DNA from: Bacteroidota bacterium
Lineage (GTDB): Bacteria > Bacteroidota > Ignavibacteria > UBA10030 > SZUA-254
Direction of reading: 5' to 3'
NCBI GenBank assembly: GCA_036522515.1
Contig: DATDFQ010000057.1
Span: 5,175 to 69,174, forward strand
Length of the DNA: 64,000 nt
Position 1 is the stretch's first letter. Each line of letters begins with the position of its first letter. A program made the translations under genes and the position numbers. The notes beneath the pieces are model-generated. The model had not been told where the DNA came from, did no database searches, and saw only the letters and a list, made by a program, of their open reading frames with translations. Of the stretch, positions 10,301 through 18,496 are shown piece by piece.

Positions 10301-10385
10301 GCGACAGCACGAAGCAAAGGAGGAGGGCTACCCGGCCCGCCCTGTAGCCTGAACGGAACAGCGGCTTACTCCGGCAGAATGTCAA
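7347..10385 (-). CDS. Large periplasmic tetratricopeptide-repeat protein (BamD/CpoB-like repeats)
   Basis: Signal peptide and more than 20 TPR-like units ending in YP/FP-x-S motifs (e.g. ALYQLGRAYEQ, FVQEYPND, LSDYPRS). Confidence 0.9.
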   Translation of the reverse strand: MTFCRSKPLFRSGYRAGRVALLLCFVLSLRCFSQIPPVDRQSTSGLLNEATDWMDAGSYHVARQKLAEILRRSSFTEQNRDVLYWLVQSTFKDQEYEEAYQWASEFVQEYPNDVRRVTVLYIQGVSAYQTHRLDASASALGKFLKEGGDHPQRGAGCFWHAMAELDRGDTAAAQDDIQQCYGDPSALAYRDYILMGWALSLERRGNLDGSAERLERLLSDYPRSELVTDAQLRLASISLRQGRLARTLNMLEQASPSYSSQRQEYLLLEAEANIQLARYQAARDAYEEFASRFSDSPHARKARYGLGWSLVKLGDYARAQAVFDSLGRGHDSLAFASLYQSGILSLLRGRITAALTTLDTLTSLSPYDRDAVSAYFQMGMIQYRGKQYREARRNFQLAARLFPESELRTAAYHMLGESNMAIGDFSNAQYAFAQVRHLGAPPEILAPSLFQEGVALYHLGRFKTCGERFDEYLQKFPRDARGGEGHVWRAEALYQDSRFADAERSYSEALRLYPNNPKKPEAAYGYAWTLFEQKKFSQAASAFDSFTKLYPNDGHYLDAMLRKADSYFAVGEYEKSASLYSTLGAEKASGRQVEYAAFQLAMSYIQRGESDRGVEQLRSFLVKYPSSIYAEVVQFNIGWTYFSREQYALAVTELKTVLRKYGDSQLLPRVLFNLGDSYYNLKEYDSARVYYQRVIKEYPSSLLVADALSGLQYTYAAQGKPEGALAEIEKVMKEKPAGAPEGELVLKKGEILFGQGDFAGAITEYQRLLAMKPEQSVKAKALYQLGRAYEQEENPLRAASFYEQILSDAPDSEVVPRATLALGLARMKAKHYGQAVDALKGFDKRYPDSPLLTEAQYQLGVALSNLSDKNAASDQFQLVIREHPADLFADRSRIGMAQIDLERKRNAAAIDTLTAIVGRRSDDIAGEALLMIGQNYLAMKKTKDAMQAYEDVIRQYKDYPMVVERAKLGEGECYERLRDKKRARSAYEELAGSATDAGVRSEAQERLRRLGR

Positions 10386-12279
10386 TAATCACCGTCCGAT
10401 TGTAGAACCGTTCCTCCGGCAAGCGGTTGTCGAAGGGCGCGCGCCGCACGTCCTCGCCGAAGCCGTACGTGTCGAATTTCACGTTGCGCTTGCCCGCCCT
10501 GGCGAGCTCCCGCTGGAGGATCGCCATGGTTTCCTGGGCGCGATCGCGGGAGAGTTTCAGGTTGTGGCTCTCCTCGCCGACAATGTCGGTATGCCCGTGG
10601 ATGATCACGCTTCCGCCCGCCGGTATCAGAGGCGCGACCGTGCCGGAGAGGAATCGTTCGTACGTCGCGACGGTCTTCGATTGATCGAACTCGAAAAGGA
10701 TGCTGAAACGCAAGCCGGGCTCTTCCTCCGGCTGGTCGGACCGGACGAGACGGATCGTTTCGTCTTTCTGGATCGACTGCCCCGACTTGGTGATGCCGTC
10801 GAGGACGACGGTGTACTTGCCCTGCAGGCGGTCTCCCAGGATCGCCCTCCCGGATACCCGTTCTTCCGACGAGGTGAACGGGCCGAACCGCTTCACCGCG
10901 CCGTTCTCGTCGGTGGCGACGATCGACCAGGAGGCAAGCACGTCCTGCGCGCCGGCGACGCTGAAGAGCACGTCGCTGTCGAGCGGGTCTTCCTGCAACG
11001 AAATAATCTGATCGGGCTCCAGAAGCTCCGGCGACGGGCTCGAGATATCCACGCGCCGGTCTTCGGGACGGACAAGTTCGAGCTCGCGCGATGCCCCCGA
11101 TTGCATCGACGGAATTTCGGGTTTCGTCCTTCCATCGGTGACAATCCTGCCGCCGTCGATTCCGAAGAGGTCCACGAGATAGCGCTTCACGGCCTCGGCA
11201 AGCTCGCGGCCGTTCGACGCGCCCTGCTCGGACGCCCCGCTCAGCTTGAGCGTGGCAGACGGATGGCGGCGCATCCTGTCGCCGAGAACGTTCAGGATGT
11301 TATGATACACGGTCAACTGGCGGCGGGACCGGCCCGACAAATCCTTGGGTTCCGGTTGAACGAGCTGCTCCTCCCGAAACGAGGAGGCCTGTGACTGGGT
11401 GAGCGAGATATACCGGGCGGGAATGGTGTTCGATCCCTCGTCGAAGAAGATGCAATTTCGCATCGGGAACGTTTCCTTGACCTTCCGCTCGACCGGTATC
11501 AGCTTCGGCGCGCGGACGGCGAACTGGACTTCGCCGCTGGCGGTTTGTCTCGCCTCGGACCCGGAGCCGAATTTCAACGCCAACCCGGCGCGAAGGGTCG
11601 TCAGCGTCCAGCTCTCCTCCGATCTCGGTCCCTGCCCGAAATGAAAGGCGACGAAGGGCGAGAGCTCGATCTGCGAGGAGGAATTGGGGTCGGAGATGGG
11701 GATGTCATACCCGGCGCCGATCTGCGCGCCGAAGACGGTTCCGCGCGAACCGGTCCAATCTCCGCTGAATTCCGGACCCCCGACTTCGGTGAACGTGTAC
11801 GACTTGGAGACGCTAAAACCCAATCTCGGCCCGGCAAAGAAATAGAGCGGGGCGCTGAAAGGCGTCGCGCGCACGCTCGGCTCCAGGCTGATGTAGTTCA
11901 GGGAAGTCCTCAGCGTGCGGGTCACCCCGCTGCCGCTCACGTCGGTGAACGACCCGCCGCGCCCGTCGAAACCGAGCATCAGCATGCCGCCCCAGACGGG
12001 ATCGGGGCGATATTCGAGCAGCGGGGAGAGAAAGACACCCGCTCCCGTGCCTTTCGTGAACGAAGGCAGGGAAGGAACGGCACCGACATATCCCGGCGGG
12101 TAAAACTGCGAGCTGTTGATATCGCTGCTGTAGGTGTTGAAATTGGGGCCGACGGCTCCGCCAAACCACCATTGGGGTTGCAGCCGCCTGGACTCCTGCG
12201 CGTTGAGAAGAGTCTGCGCCGCCAGGGCCAGCAGGATGAAAAAGGGGATGCGTCTTCCGCTACCAGTTCGGACGTTCAT
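10366..12279 (-). CDS. OmpA-family protein with N-terminal beta-barrel
   Basis: Signal peptide, N-terminal strand pattern, C-terminal IHGHTDIVGEESHNLKLSRDRA...NRTVII (OmpA_C). A second degenerate OmpA-like segment lies mid-protein (LKLSGASEQ...AEAVKRYLV). Confidence 0.85.
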   Translation of the reverse strand: MNVRTGSGRRIPFFILLALAAQTLLNAQESRRLQPQWWFGGAVGPNFNTYSSDINSSQFYPPGYVGAVPSLPSFTKGTGAGVFLSPLLEYRPDPVWGGMLMLGFDGRGGSFTDVSGSGVTRTLRTSLNYISLEPSVRATPFSAPLYFFAGPRLGFSVSKSYTFTEVGGPEFSGDWTGSRGTVFGAQIGAGYDIPISDPNSSSQIELSPFVAFHFGQGPRSEESWTLTTLRAGLALKFGSGSEARQTASGEVQFAVRAPKLIPVERKVKETFPMRNCIFFDEGSNTIPARYISLTQSQASSFREEQLVQPEPKDLSGRSRRQLTVYHNILNVLGDRMRRHPSATLKLSGASEQGASNGRELAEAVKRYLVDLFGIDGGRIVTDGRTKPEIPSMQSGASRELELVRPEDRRVDISSPSPELLEPDQIISLQEDPLDSDVLFSVAGAQDVLASWSIVATDENGAVKRFGPFTSSEERVSGRAILGDRLQGKYTVVLDGITKSGQSIQKDETIRLVRSDQPEEEPGLRFSILFEFDQSKTVATYERFLSGTVAPLIPAGGSVIIHGHTDIVGEESHNLKLSRDRAQETMAILQRELARAGKRNVKFDTYGFGEDVRRAPFDNRLPEERFYNRTVIIDILPE

Positions 12280-12298
12280 GAGATCGATTTACCTTTCG

Positions 12299-13249
12299 TT
12301 AATGGGAAAGCTCGAGCTTGAAATTAAAACCCACCTTGCCGGTCTGAGATTTCGGCGCGACTTGCTGGGGGAGCGGTTCGAAGCGCCAGGTACGCAGAGC
12401 GGCAATCGATGCGCTTTCCAGGATTTCGTCGGTCTTGCGGGTCGGGAGGATGGCGTCGACAGAGCCGTCCGGCAGCACCGTAAATTGCAGCACGACCACC
12501 ATTTGCTTGTCGGTGCCTTCGGGGTAGCGGGGATAGAGCCCGCTGAGGAGCCGCCGTCCGCCGGTGCCGCCCCAGTCGATCGAGTAGCCGATCGATTTCC
12601 CGATGCCGCCGCCGCTTCCTCCCCCGGCTCCTCCGCCGGTACCCGGACCCGATCCGTGGCGGACCCAGCGTGTGGGGAGGTTCTCGGCGATGATCGTTTG
12701 TTGCTTCTTCACTTTCTTTACGGCCGTCTTGGGAGGTTCTTTAATCACGACCGGCTGCGCGTGCTCGACTTCGCTGTAGATATAGAGGTCGATCAGGTTG
12801 ACCCTTCCCCGCGTGGAATTTTCTTTTGCCTGCTTCCCCTGATCGGGATTGCTCTGCGGCCCGAATTGCAACACGAGCGACTGCTCGTCCTCCCCGCCGC
12901 CGCCGCCGCTGCTTCCGAAGGGGGTTTCCTCCAAATTGGATTTCTCAAGCTGCCGCTCGAGGTAAAACAGAAGGCCGACGATCACCGTGAAGTGAAGCAG
13001 GAGGCCGCTAAGGAGCGCCACAACCCTGATCCGCCGGAAATCGCTGTCGGAGAGATACGATTTCCGCAGGTGCATCGCCCCCGAAATCGACTGCACGGTC
13101 GCGCGCCGGGGCGCGTCGTCTCCGGGGTCCGGCCCCACCTGTAACGATGAGAAGTCGCCGATCCGCCTCCCCCTGATCTCGATCCGGTAATGCTCTTCGT
13201 CCCGGCCTGGGATCTTCGGGTCAGCTTCCACGGGTTCGAGTGTCCTCAC
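12299..13249 (-). CDS. tonB: Energy transducer TonB family protein
   Basis: Single TM helix, Gly-rich and Lys/Pro-rich linker, C-terminal PRYPE...VVLQFTVLPDGSV...AALRTWRFEP. Start uncertain. Confidence 0.8.
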   Translation of the reverse strand: MRTLEPVEADPKIPGRDEEHYRIEIRGRRIGDFSSLQVGPDPGDDAPRRATVQSISGAMHLRKSYLSDSDFRRIRVVALLSGLLLHFTVIVGLLFYLERQLEKSNLEETPFGSSGGGGGEDEQSLVLQFGPQSNPDQGKQAKENSTRGRVNLIDLYIYSEVEHAQPVVIKEPPKTAVKKVKKQQTIIAENLPTRWVRHGSGPGTGGGAGGGSGGGIGKSIGYSIDWGGTGGRRLLSGLYPRYPEGTDKQMVVVLQFTVLPDGSVDAILPTRKTDEILESASIAALRTWRFEPLPQQVAPKSQTGKVGFNFKLELSH

Positions 13250-14151
13250 AATATTTTCTTGCCGAATGCGGACTGTACCAACTCTACGGCGAATTCCGCC
13301 GATTGGTTGCGATTGTCGATGATGGGGTTTACCTCGACGAGCTCCAGGGAAGACATCTTCTTCGATTCGGCGAGCATCTCCATGATGAGGTGCGCCTCGC
13401 GGTAATCGAGGCCTCCTTTGACCGGCGTCCCGACCCCCGGTGCATAGACCGGATCGACGCTGTCGAGGTCAAAGCTCACGTGCAACAGGTCGACCTGCCT
13501 CCCCACCTTCTGAAGGGCAGATTTCATGACGCGATGAATCCCGAACTTGTCGATCTCTTCCATCGTGAAAATCTTCACACCGTACTTGATCAGATTGTCC
13601 CGCTCGCCCTTGTCGAGCGTCCGCACACCGATAATCGCCACATTCTGGGGTTCCACCTTTCTAAACGTCCCGCCGATGCGCGTTAGTGCCCGCGGGCCGA
13701 GCCCCGTGCAAATCGCCAGAGGCATGCCGTGGATATTTCCCGAGGGCGAGCTTTCCGGCGTGTTGAAGTCGCCGTGGGCATCGATCCAGAACACGCCCAG
13801 TTTCTTGCGGCGCTTCCGGGCATGGACCGCGACGCCGCTGATGGTCCCGATCGCGATGGAATGGTCGCCCCCCAATACCAGGGGAAAGTGACCCCGCTCG
13901 AGAACTTTCTCGACTTTCCGGCTCAGGACGCCTACGGCCCGGGCGATCTCCGGCAGGTATTTGGCAAGCGGATCAAGGATCCGCTGTTCCTCCTGCGTTT
14001 TGATCGTAAGATCGCCTTCGTCGTTGACCGTGTACCCGAGTTCCGTCAGACGGGGGCCGATTCCGGCGATTCTGATCGCGGAAGGGCCCATGTCGACTCC
14101 GCGCCGGCCGGCACCCAAGTCCATCGGGACTCCTATGATATGGATGTTCAT
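13246..14151 (-). CDS. rocF: Arginase
   Basis: GVDMGPSAIR, LVLGGDHSIAIG, WIDAHGDFNTP, SGNIHGMP, SFDLDSVDP, APGVGTPVKGG, LVEVNP. Confidence 0.96.
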   Translation of the reverse strand: MNIHIIGVPMDLGAGRRGVDMGPSAIRIAGIGPRLTELGYTVNDEGDLTIKTQEEQRILDPLAKYLPEIARAVGVLSRKVEKVLERGHFPLVLGGDHSIAIGTISGVAVHARKRRKKLGVFWIDAHGDFNTPESSPSGNIHGMPLAICTGLGPRALTRIGGTFRKVEPQNVAIIGVRTLDKGERDNLIKYGVKIFTMEEIDKFGIHRVMKSALQKVGRQVDLLHVSFDLDSVDPVYAPGVGTPVKGGLDYREAHLIMEMLAESKKMSSLELVEVNPIIDNRNQSAEFAVELVQSAFGKKIL

Positions 14152-14161
14152 ACGTGAAGTC

Positions 14162-14190
14162 AAATTAATAAATATTTATCTTAATATCAA
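14162..14190 (-). promoter_or_regulatory. Putative sigma70 promoter of rocF with a palindrome in the spacer
   Basis: Minus strand TTGATA-N17-TAATTT. The spacer contains the perfect palindrome ATAAATATTTAT (14168-14179). Confidence 0.45.
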
Positions 14191-14306
14191 TACCTTGCGG
14201 GTCTCTATGAAAGTATTGGTTGAGACAGGTGACCAAATACTGACCTTCAGGGGCTCAGAAATGAGGAAATTGAGGAGGCTCGGAACCGGAAGAAGGCGGA
14301 GGATTT

Positions 14307-14512
14307 GGTAGGCGCGACCTTCAGGTCGCGTGCAGGCGCAGGCTAAAGCCTGCGCCTACCGTAGGGGCGACGCATGCGTCGCCCGGAATGATCGTGATAC
14401 CTGAAACGCCGGGCGGGGCATGCCCCGCCCCTACAACAACGGTTAATGGATGTCGGTAGGCGCGACCTTCAGGTCGCGTGCCGGATGACGCAGCCTAAAG
14501 GCTGCGGCTACC
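14307..14512. repeat. Cluster of six GTAG-tagged REPs arranged as three inverted pairs
   Basis: GGTAGGCGCGACCTTCAGGTCGCG / GCGCAGGCTAAAGCCTGCGCCTACC; GTAGGGGCGACGCATGCGTCGCCC / GGGCGGGGCATGCCCCGCCCCTAC; GGTAGGCGCGACCTTCAGGTCGCG / GCAGCCTAAAGGCTGCGGCTACC. Confidence 0.92.
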
Positions 14513-14621
14513 AAAGCCAGGGGTTAGAGCGATCGTGCTCCCGCGAGGCGAATATTAGAACCCAGGTTGAAACGGCGTTTCGGGAGCATGCTACGGGAGG
14601 GTGAGACGGGGGGAAACTCTC

Positions 14622-15464
14622 CTACTCGGTCATCAGCTTCAGGAGCCGGGTGATGGTCTCCTTCATCTCCTTGCGATGGATGACGACATCCACAAAGCCG
14701 TGTTCGAGCTGAAACTCGGACCGCTGAAAGCCCTCCGGCAGGTCTTTTCCGATGGTTTGCTTGATCACCCGCGGACCGGCGAATCCGATGAGCGCCCCCG
14801 GCTCGGCGATGTTGATATCGCCCAGCATCGCGTAACTGGCCGTAACGCCGCCGGTGGTCGGGTCTGTCATGACCGAGATATAGGGGATACCGGCATCCGA
14901 GAGCTGTGCAAGCTTCGCGCTCGTCTTTGCAAGCTGCATGAGCGACAGGGCCCCCTCCATCATGCGCGCGCCCCCGCTCGATGAAACGGTCACAAGCGGA
15001 ACCTTGGATTTGAGCGACTTCTGGATCGCCCGCGCGACTTTCTCTCCCACCACCGAACCCATGCTCCCGCCGATAAAACTGAAATCCATGACGCCGATCG
15101 CCACGCTCACTCCGCCGAGCTTGCCGGTTCCGGTTCGCACCGCATCGTTCAGACCGGTCTTCCTCATGGTCTCCCGGATACGGTCCTTATAGCGCTTGGT
15201 ATCCTGGAATTCGAGCGGATCGGTGGACTTCATTTTCCGGTCGAGCTCCTTGAACGTTCCCTCGTCGATCAGGATCGACAGATACTCCTTGCTCCCGATC
15301 CGGAAGTGATAATTGCATTTGATGCAGGTATAGAACTGCTGCTCGAGTTGCTTCCGGTGAATGATCTCGCCGCAACCCTCGCACTTGGTCCACATCCCGT
15401 CGGGCGTGTCCTTGCGCTGGGGATCGGCCATGATGCTCGCTTTGGAGCGGCGGAACCAGGCCAT
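14622..15464 (-). CDS. accD: Acetyl-CoA carboxylase carboxyltransferase beta subunit
   Basis: WTKCEGC...CIKCNYHFRI zinc finger, MDFSFIGGSMGSVVGEK, SGGARMMEG, PTTGGVTASYAMLGD, GFQRSEF. Start MAWFRR at 15464. Confidence 0.97.
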   Translation of the reverse strand: MAWFRRSKASIMADPQRKDTPDGMWTKCEGCGEIIHRKQLEQQFYTCIKCNYHFRIGSKEYLSILIDEGTFKELDRKMKSTDPLEFQDTKRYKDRIRETMRKTGLNDAVRTGTGKLGGVSVAIGVMDFSFIGGSMGSVVGEKVARAIQKSLKSKVPLVTVSSSGGARMMEGALSLMQLAKTSAKLAQLSDAGIPYISVMTDPTTGGVTASYAMLGDINIAEPGALIGFAGPRVIKQTIGKDLPEGFQRSEFQLEHGFVDVVIHRKEMKETITRLLKLMTE

Positions 15465-16192
15465 CAGGACACCACCCCGTGCTGACCGGCGCCGACCAGC
15501 GACTGAAAATCCTTTACATAAAAAGGCTCGAGATCCGCGACGACGCCCGTGCGCCCGGCCGCAAGGGCCCGTTCCCCGAGCAGCCCGACCGCCGAGGCGC
15601 TGCACTGCCGGGCTTCCATAGGAGGGAACACGAACCGGGAGCGCGCCGGCGACTTCCCGAGCTCAAGATATTCCAGAAATTTTACGGCTCCGTCTCCCAT
15701 GACGACGACCGGCGACTCCCCGGGAAGGATCCCCTCAAGGTCGCGAAGCTGCGCGGCTCGCGGGGGAATGATTTCTTCGAGGTTCCCCCCCACCCGGCGA
15801 TAGAGAGCCGCATACACCTCCGCGCGCCGCGCGTCGATCATCGGAAGAACGAATCCTCCGGCGACCGCGAGCGACTGCTCCACGGCATGCATCGCGAGCG
15901 CCTCGAGCGTCTGAACCGGAATCAGCGGCTTCTCCCAGGCATAGGCGAGTCCTTTCGCGACACTGAGGCCGATCCGCAAGCCCGTAAACGAACCCGGGCC
16001 GATCGAAACGGCGATGCCGTCGATTTGGGCGGGCGCGACGCCCGCCGATCTGAATGCTTCATCCATCATGGGCAATAGTTTCTCGGAATGCACGTGCCGC
16101 GACTCCACCCTGCTCTCCGCCAGGACCGCGCCGTCCCGGACGACCGAGGCCGCGCACACAGCGGTAGCCGTCTCTATCGCAAGGACGGTCAT
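15464..16192 (-). CDS. tsaB: tRNA threonylcarbamoyladenosine biosynthesis protein TsaB
   Basis: VLAIETAT, HSEKLLPM, AVSIGPGSFTGLRIG, IDARRAEVY, LEPFYVK. Start at 16192. Confidence 0.96.
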   Translation of the reverse strand: MTVLAIETATAVCAASVVRDGAVLAESRVESRHVHSEKLLPMMDEAFRSAGVAPAQIDGIAVSIGPGSFTGLRIGLSVAKGLAYAWEKPLIPVQTLEALAMHAVEQSLAVAGGFVLPMIDARRAEVYAALYRRVGGNLEEIIPPRAAQLRDLEGILPGESPVVVMGDGAVKFLEYLELGKSPARSRFVFPPMEARQCSASAVGLLGERALAAGRTGVVADLEPFYVKDFQSLVGAGQHGVVS

Positions 16193-16713
16193 GCAGCCAC
16201 CCCGAGGATCTGTGTAATGGTGATTTCGCGCAGGTCGCGGCTCCCGCGACACGCCGGACCGGGGCCGGTCCGTGTTCCGGAAATCGGCCCTGTCCCGAAT
16301 TTCAACACGACGTCATACCTTCTTGCCGGAAGAACGGCCGCCGCCTTTTCGGCCCACTCGATGAGGCAGACTCCGTCTCCCGAAACGTATTCCTCGAAAC
16401 CGAGGTCGCGCAGTTCGGCGATCGAGTTCACGCGGTAGAGATCGAAATGGTAGATATCGAATGCGGCCGTATGATATTCGTTCACGATGGTGAAGGTCGG
16501 GCTTGCGACATGTTCGTTGACGCCGAGCGCCTTGCAAATTCCCTGGATGAAGCGGGTCTTGCCCGTCCCCAGCTCCCCGTAGAGCGCGACGGTATCGCCC
16601 GGTCGGAGCCTCCGGCCAAGGTCCCCGCCGAGGCCCGCGGTCTCCCGTTCCGTACGTGTGTTGTAGGTTTCCGGGGGAGCCGTACCGCCCTCTGCGCTAC
16701 GGTTTCGGGTCAA
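16189..16713 (-). CDS. tsaE: tRNA threonylcarbamoyladenosine biosynthesis ATPase TsaE
   Basis: LYGELGTGKT, VASPTFTIVNEY, YHFDLYR, CLIEWAE. Confidence 0.95.
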   Translation of the reverse strand: MTRNRSAEGGTAPPETYNTRTERETAGLGGDLGRRLRPGDTVALYGELGTGKTRFIQGICKALGVNEHVASPTFTIVNEYHTAAFDIYHFDLYRVNSIAELRDLGFEEYVSGDGVCLIEWAEKAAAVLPARRYDVVLKFGTGPISGTRTGPGPACRGSRDLREITITQILGVAA

Positions 16714-18271
16714 GCGTGACCACGGGAAGTATCATCTCCTCCATCGATATTCCGCCGTGCTGGAAACTGTCGCGATACTGGTTCACATACTTATGGAACT
16801 CGGTCGGATAGACAAAGTAATAGTCTTCCTTCGCGACCAGGTAGTTGATGGTCACGCTTCGCTTGGGCAGCCGGAAATCGGCCGGGTTTTTCACGAAGAT
16901 CGCATGGCGTTCGTCGCACTTGAGGTTTCTCCCGTACTTGTAGCGCAGGTTCGTGGACGCTTCCCTGTCGCCGATCACCTTCGTGCTTCGAAGGCTCCGG
17001 ATGCTCCCGTGATCGGTCGTCAGAACGATCTTGACGTTCTTCTGCCGGGCGAGGGTTTTCAACATTCCGAGAAGCGACGAGTGCATGAACCACGATTGCG
17101 TCAGCGACCGGTACGCGGCCTCATCCGGCGCTATTTCCTTCAGGAGCTGCGAGTCGGACCGCCCGTGCGCGAGCATGTCGACAAAGTTCACCACGATCGA
17201 GGTGAGCGGGTTTTTGGCGTAGGAATTGATGCTCTGCTCGATGCTGCGGCCGAACTCGGGGTCCAGGATCTTCACATACTTCGACTCGGGCTTCAGATGC
17301 ACCTTCCGGCGCTCGAGCAGGTTCTCCAGGAACTGATGCTCATACCGGTTCTGGCTGTTGTCGTCGTCCTCCCATTTTTCCCAGATCTCCGGAAAGCGGA
17401 CCTCGATCTCATCGGGGAAGGCGCCGCTGAAAATCGCGTTGCGCGAATAGGGAGTCGCGGTCGGAAGAATCGAATAGTAATACTCGCGGGAGATGTCGAA
17501 ATACTCCCGCAGCACCGATTCCATCATCATCCACTGGTCCATCCGGAGGCAGTCGATGACGAAAAAGAAGACCGATCGCCCGGGCTGGAGCTGGGGGATG
17601 AGGTATTTCTCCACGATGTCGACCGAGAGGGTGGGGCGCTTCGCCTGCCCGAGCCAGTGCCGGTAATTCCGTTCGATGAATTTCGAAAACTCGACGTTGC
17701 ACTCGCGGAACTGGTCGGTGAGCGTCTGCTTGAGCCCGAGCTCGGGGTGGAGGTCGAGCTCCAGCGACCGGTCCACGAGCTTCGCATAGAGCGCGGTCCA
17801 CTCGTCCGCCGTGAGATTATTCTGCAGCGCGATGGAAATCTCGTTGAATTCCTTGATGTAGTCGCGGGAGACATGCGCCCCCGTGATTTTCCTTCCCTCG
17901 AGGAATTTCTTGCAGGCAAGGAGGACCTGGCTGGGATTGACGGGCTTGGTCAGGTAGTCGCTGATCTTGACTCCGATCGCCTCCTCCATCAGCCCTTCGT
18001 CCTCGTTTTTCGTGATCATGACGACCGGAAGCTCGGGCCGGATGTCCTTAATCATGGAGAGGGTCCGGAGGCCCCCGATGCCGGCCATCATCTCATCGAG
18101 AAACACGAGATCGAACGACCGTTCCTTGACGAGCTGAACCGCGTCCTCCCCGTTCGTGGCGGTCTCGACATTGTACCCCTTTTCCGAAAGGAGAAGAATA
18201 TGAGACCGGAGAAGCTCGATTTCATCGTCAACCCAGAGAATTTTGCCTTTCGTTGCAGTCATGACGGTCAT
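16697..18271 (-). CDS. porX: T9SS response regulator PorX (receiver plus PglZ domain)
   Basis: ILWVDDEI receiver domain, VIDCLRMDQW, LPTATPYSRNAIFSG, TTDHGS, FQHGGISMEEM; adjacent to tsaE as in Bacteroidota. Confidence 0.92.
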   Translation of the reverse strand: MTVMTATKGKILWVDDEIELLRSHILLLSEKGYNVETATNGEDAVQLVKERSFDLVFLDEMMAGIGGLRTLSMIKDIRPELPVVMITKNEDEGLMEEAIGVKISDYLTKPVNPSQVLLACKKFLEGRKITGAHVSRDYIKEFNEISIALQNNLTADEWTALYAKLVDRSLELDLHPELGLKQTLTDQFRECNVEFSKFIERNYRHWLGQAKRPTLSVDIVEKYLIPQLQPGRSVFFFVIDCLRMDQWMMMESVLREYFDISREYYYSILPTATPYSRNAIFSGAFPDEIEVRFPEIWEKWEDDDNSQNRYEHQFLENLLERRKVHLKPESKYVKILDPEFGRSIEQSINSYAKNPLTSIVVNFVDMLAHGRSDSQLLKEIAPDEAAYRSLTQSWFMHSSLLGMLKTLARQKNVKIVLTTDHGSIRSLRSTKVIGDREASTNLRYKYGRNLKCDERHAIFVKNPADFRLPKRSVTINYLVAKEDYYFVYPTEFHKYVNQYRDSFQHGGISMEEMILPVVTLDPKP

Positions 18272-18362
18272 TGCGGTACCCCCGAATTGAAAGTAAGTAT
18301 TTCGAGAAAGAGAGTCAACGGAGCACGCGGTGGTGTCTGCGTTTCACCGCGGCTCTCTCAAA

Positions 18363-18445
18363 CTCGTCATGCTGACATGCTCCTGGTCAGCATCTTTCAA
18401 CGCTTTTAGAAAGATCCCGACCAGAAACATGTCGGGATGACGAGC
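18363..18445. repeat. CGTC-tagged REP inverted pair (REPIN-like)
   Basis: CGTCATGCTGACATGCTCCTGGTCAGCATCT (18365-18395), a 16-nt spacer, then AGATCCCGACCAGAAACATGTCGGGATGACG (18412-18442). Confidence 0.9.
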
Positions 18446-18496
18446 CTCTGAGTAGATCCCGATCAGATGCGTTCCGGTACGACGCACAGCACTGCT

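Noticed and set aside
14535-14590. GTGCTCCCG ... CGGGAGCAT inverted repeat after the accD stop
   Set aside because: Single occurrence with a large loop; at most part of a terminator, and there is not enough evidence to call it.
18320-18360. CGCGGTG/CACCGCG hairpin upstream of porX
   Set aside because: A short GC-rich stem with no U-tract and no second copy; plausible by chance.
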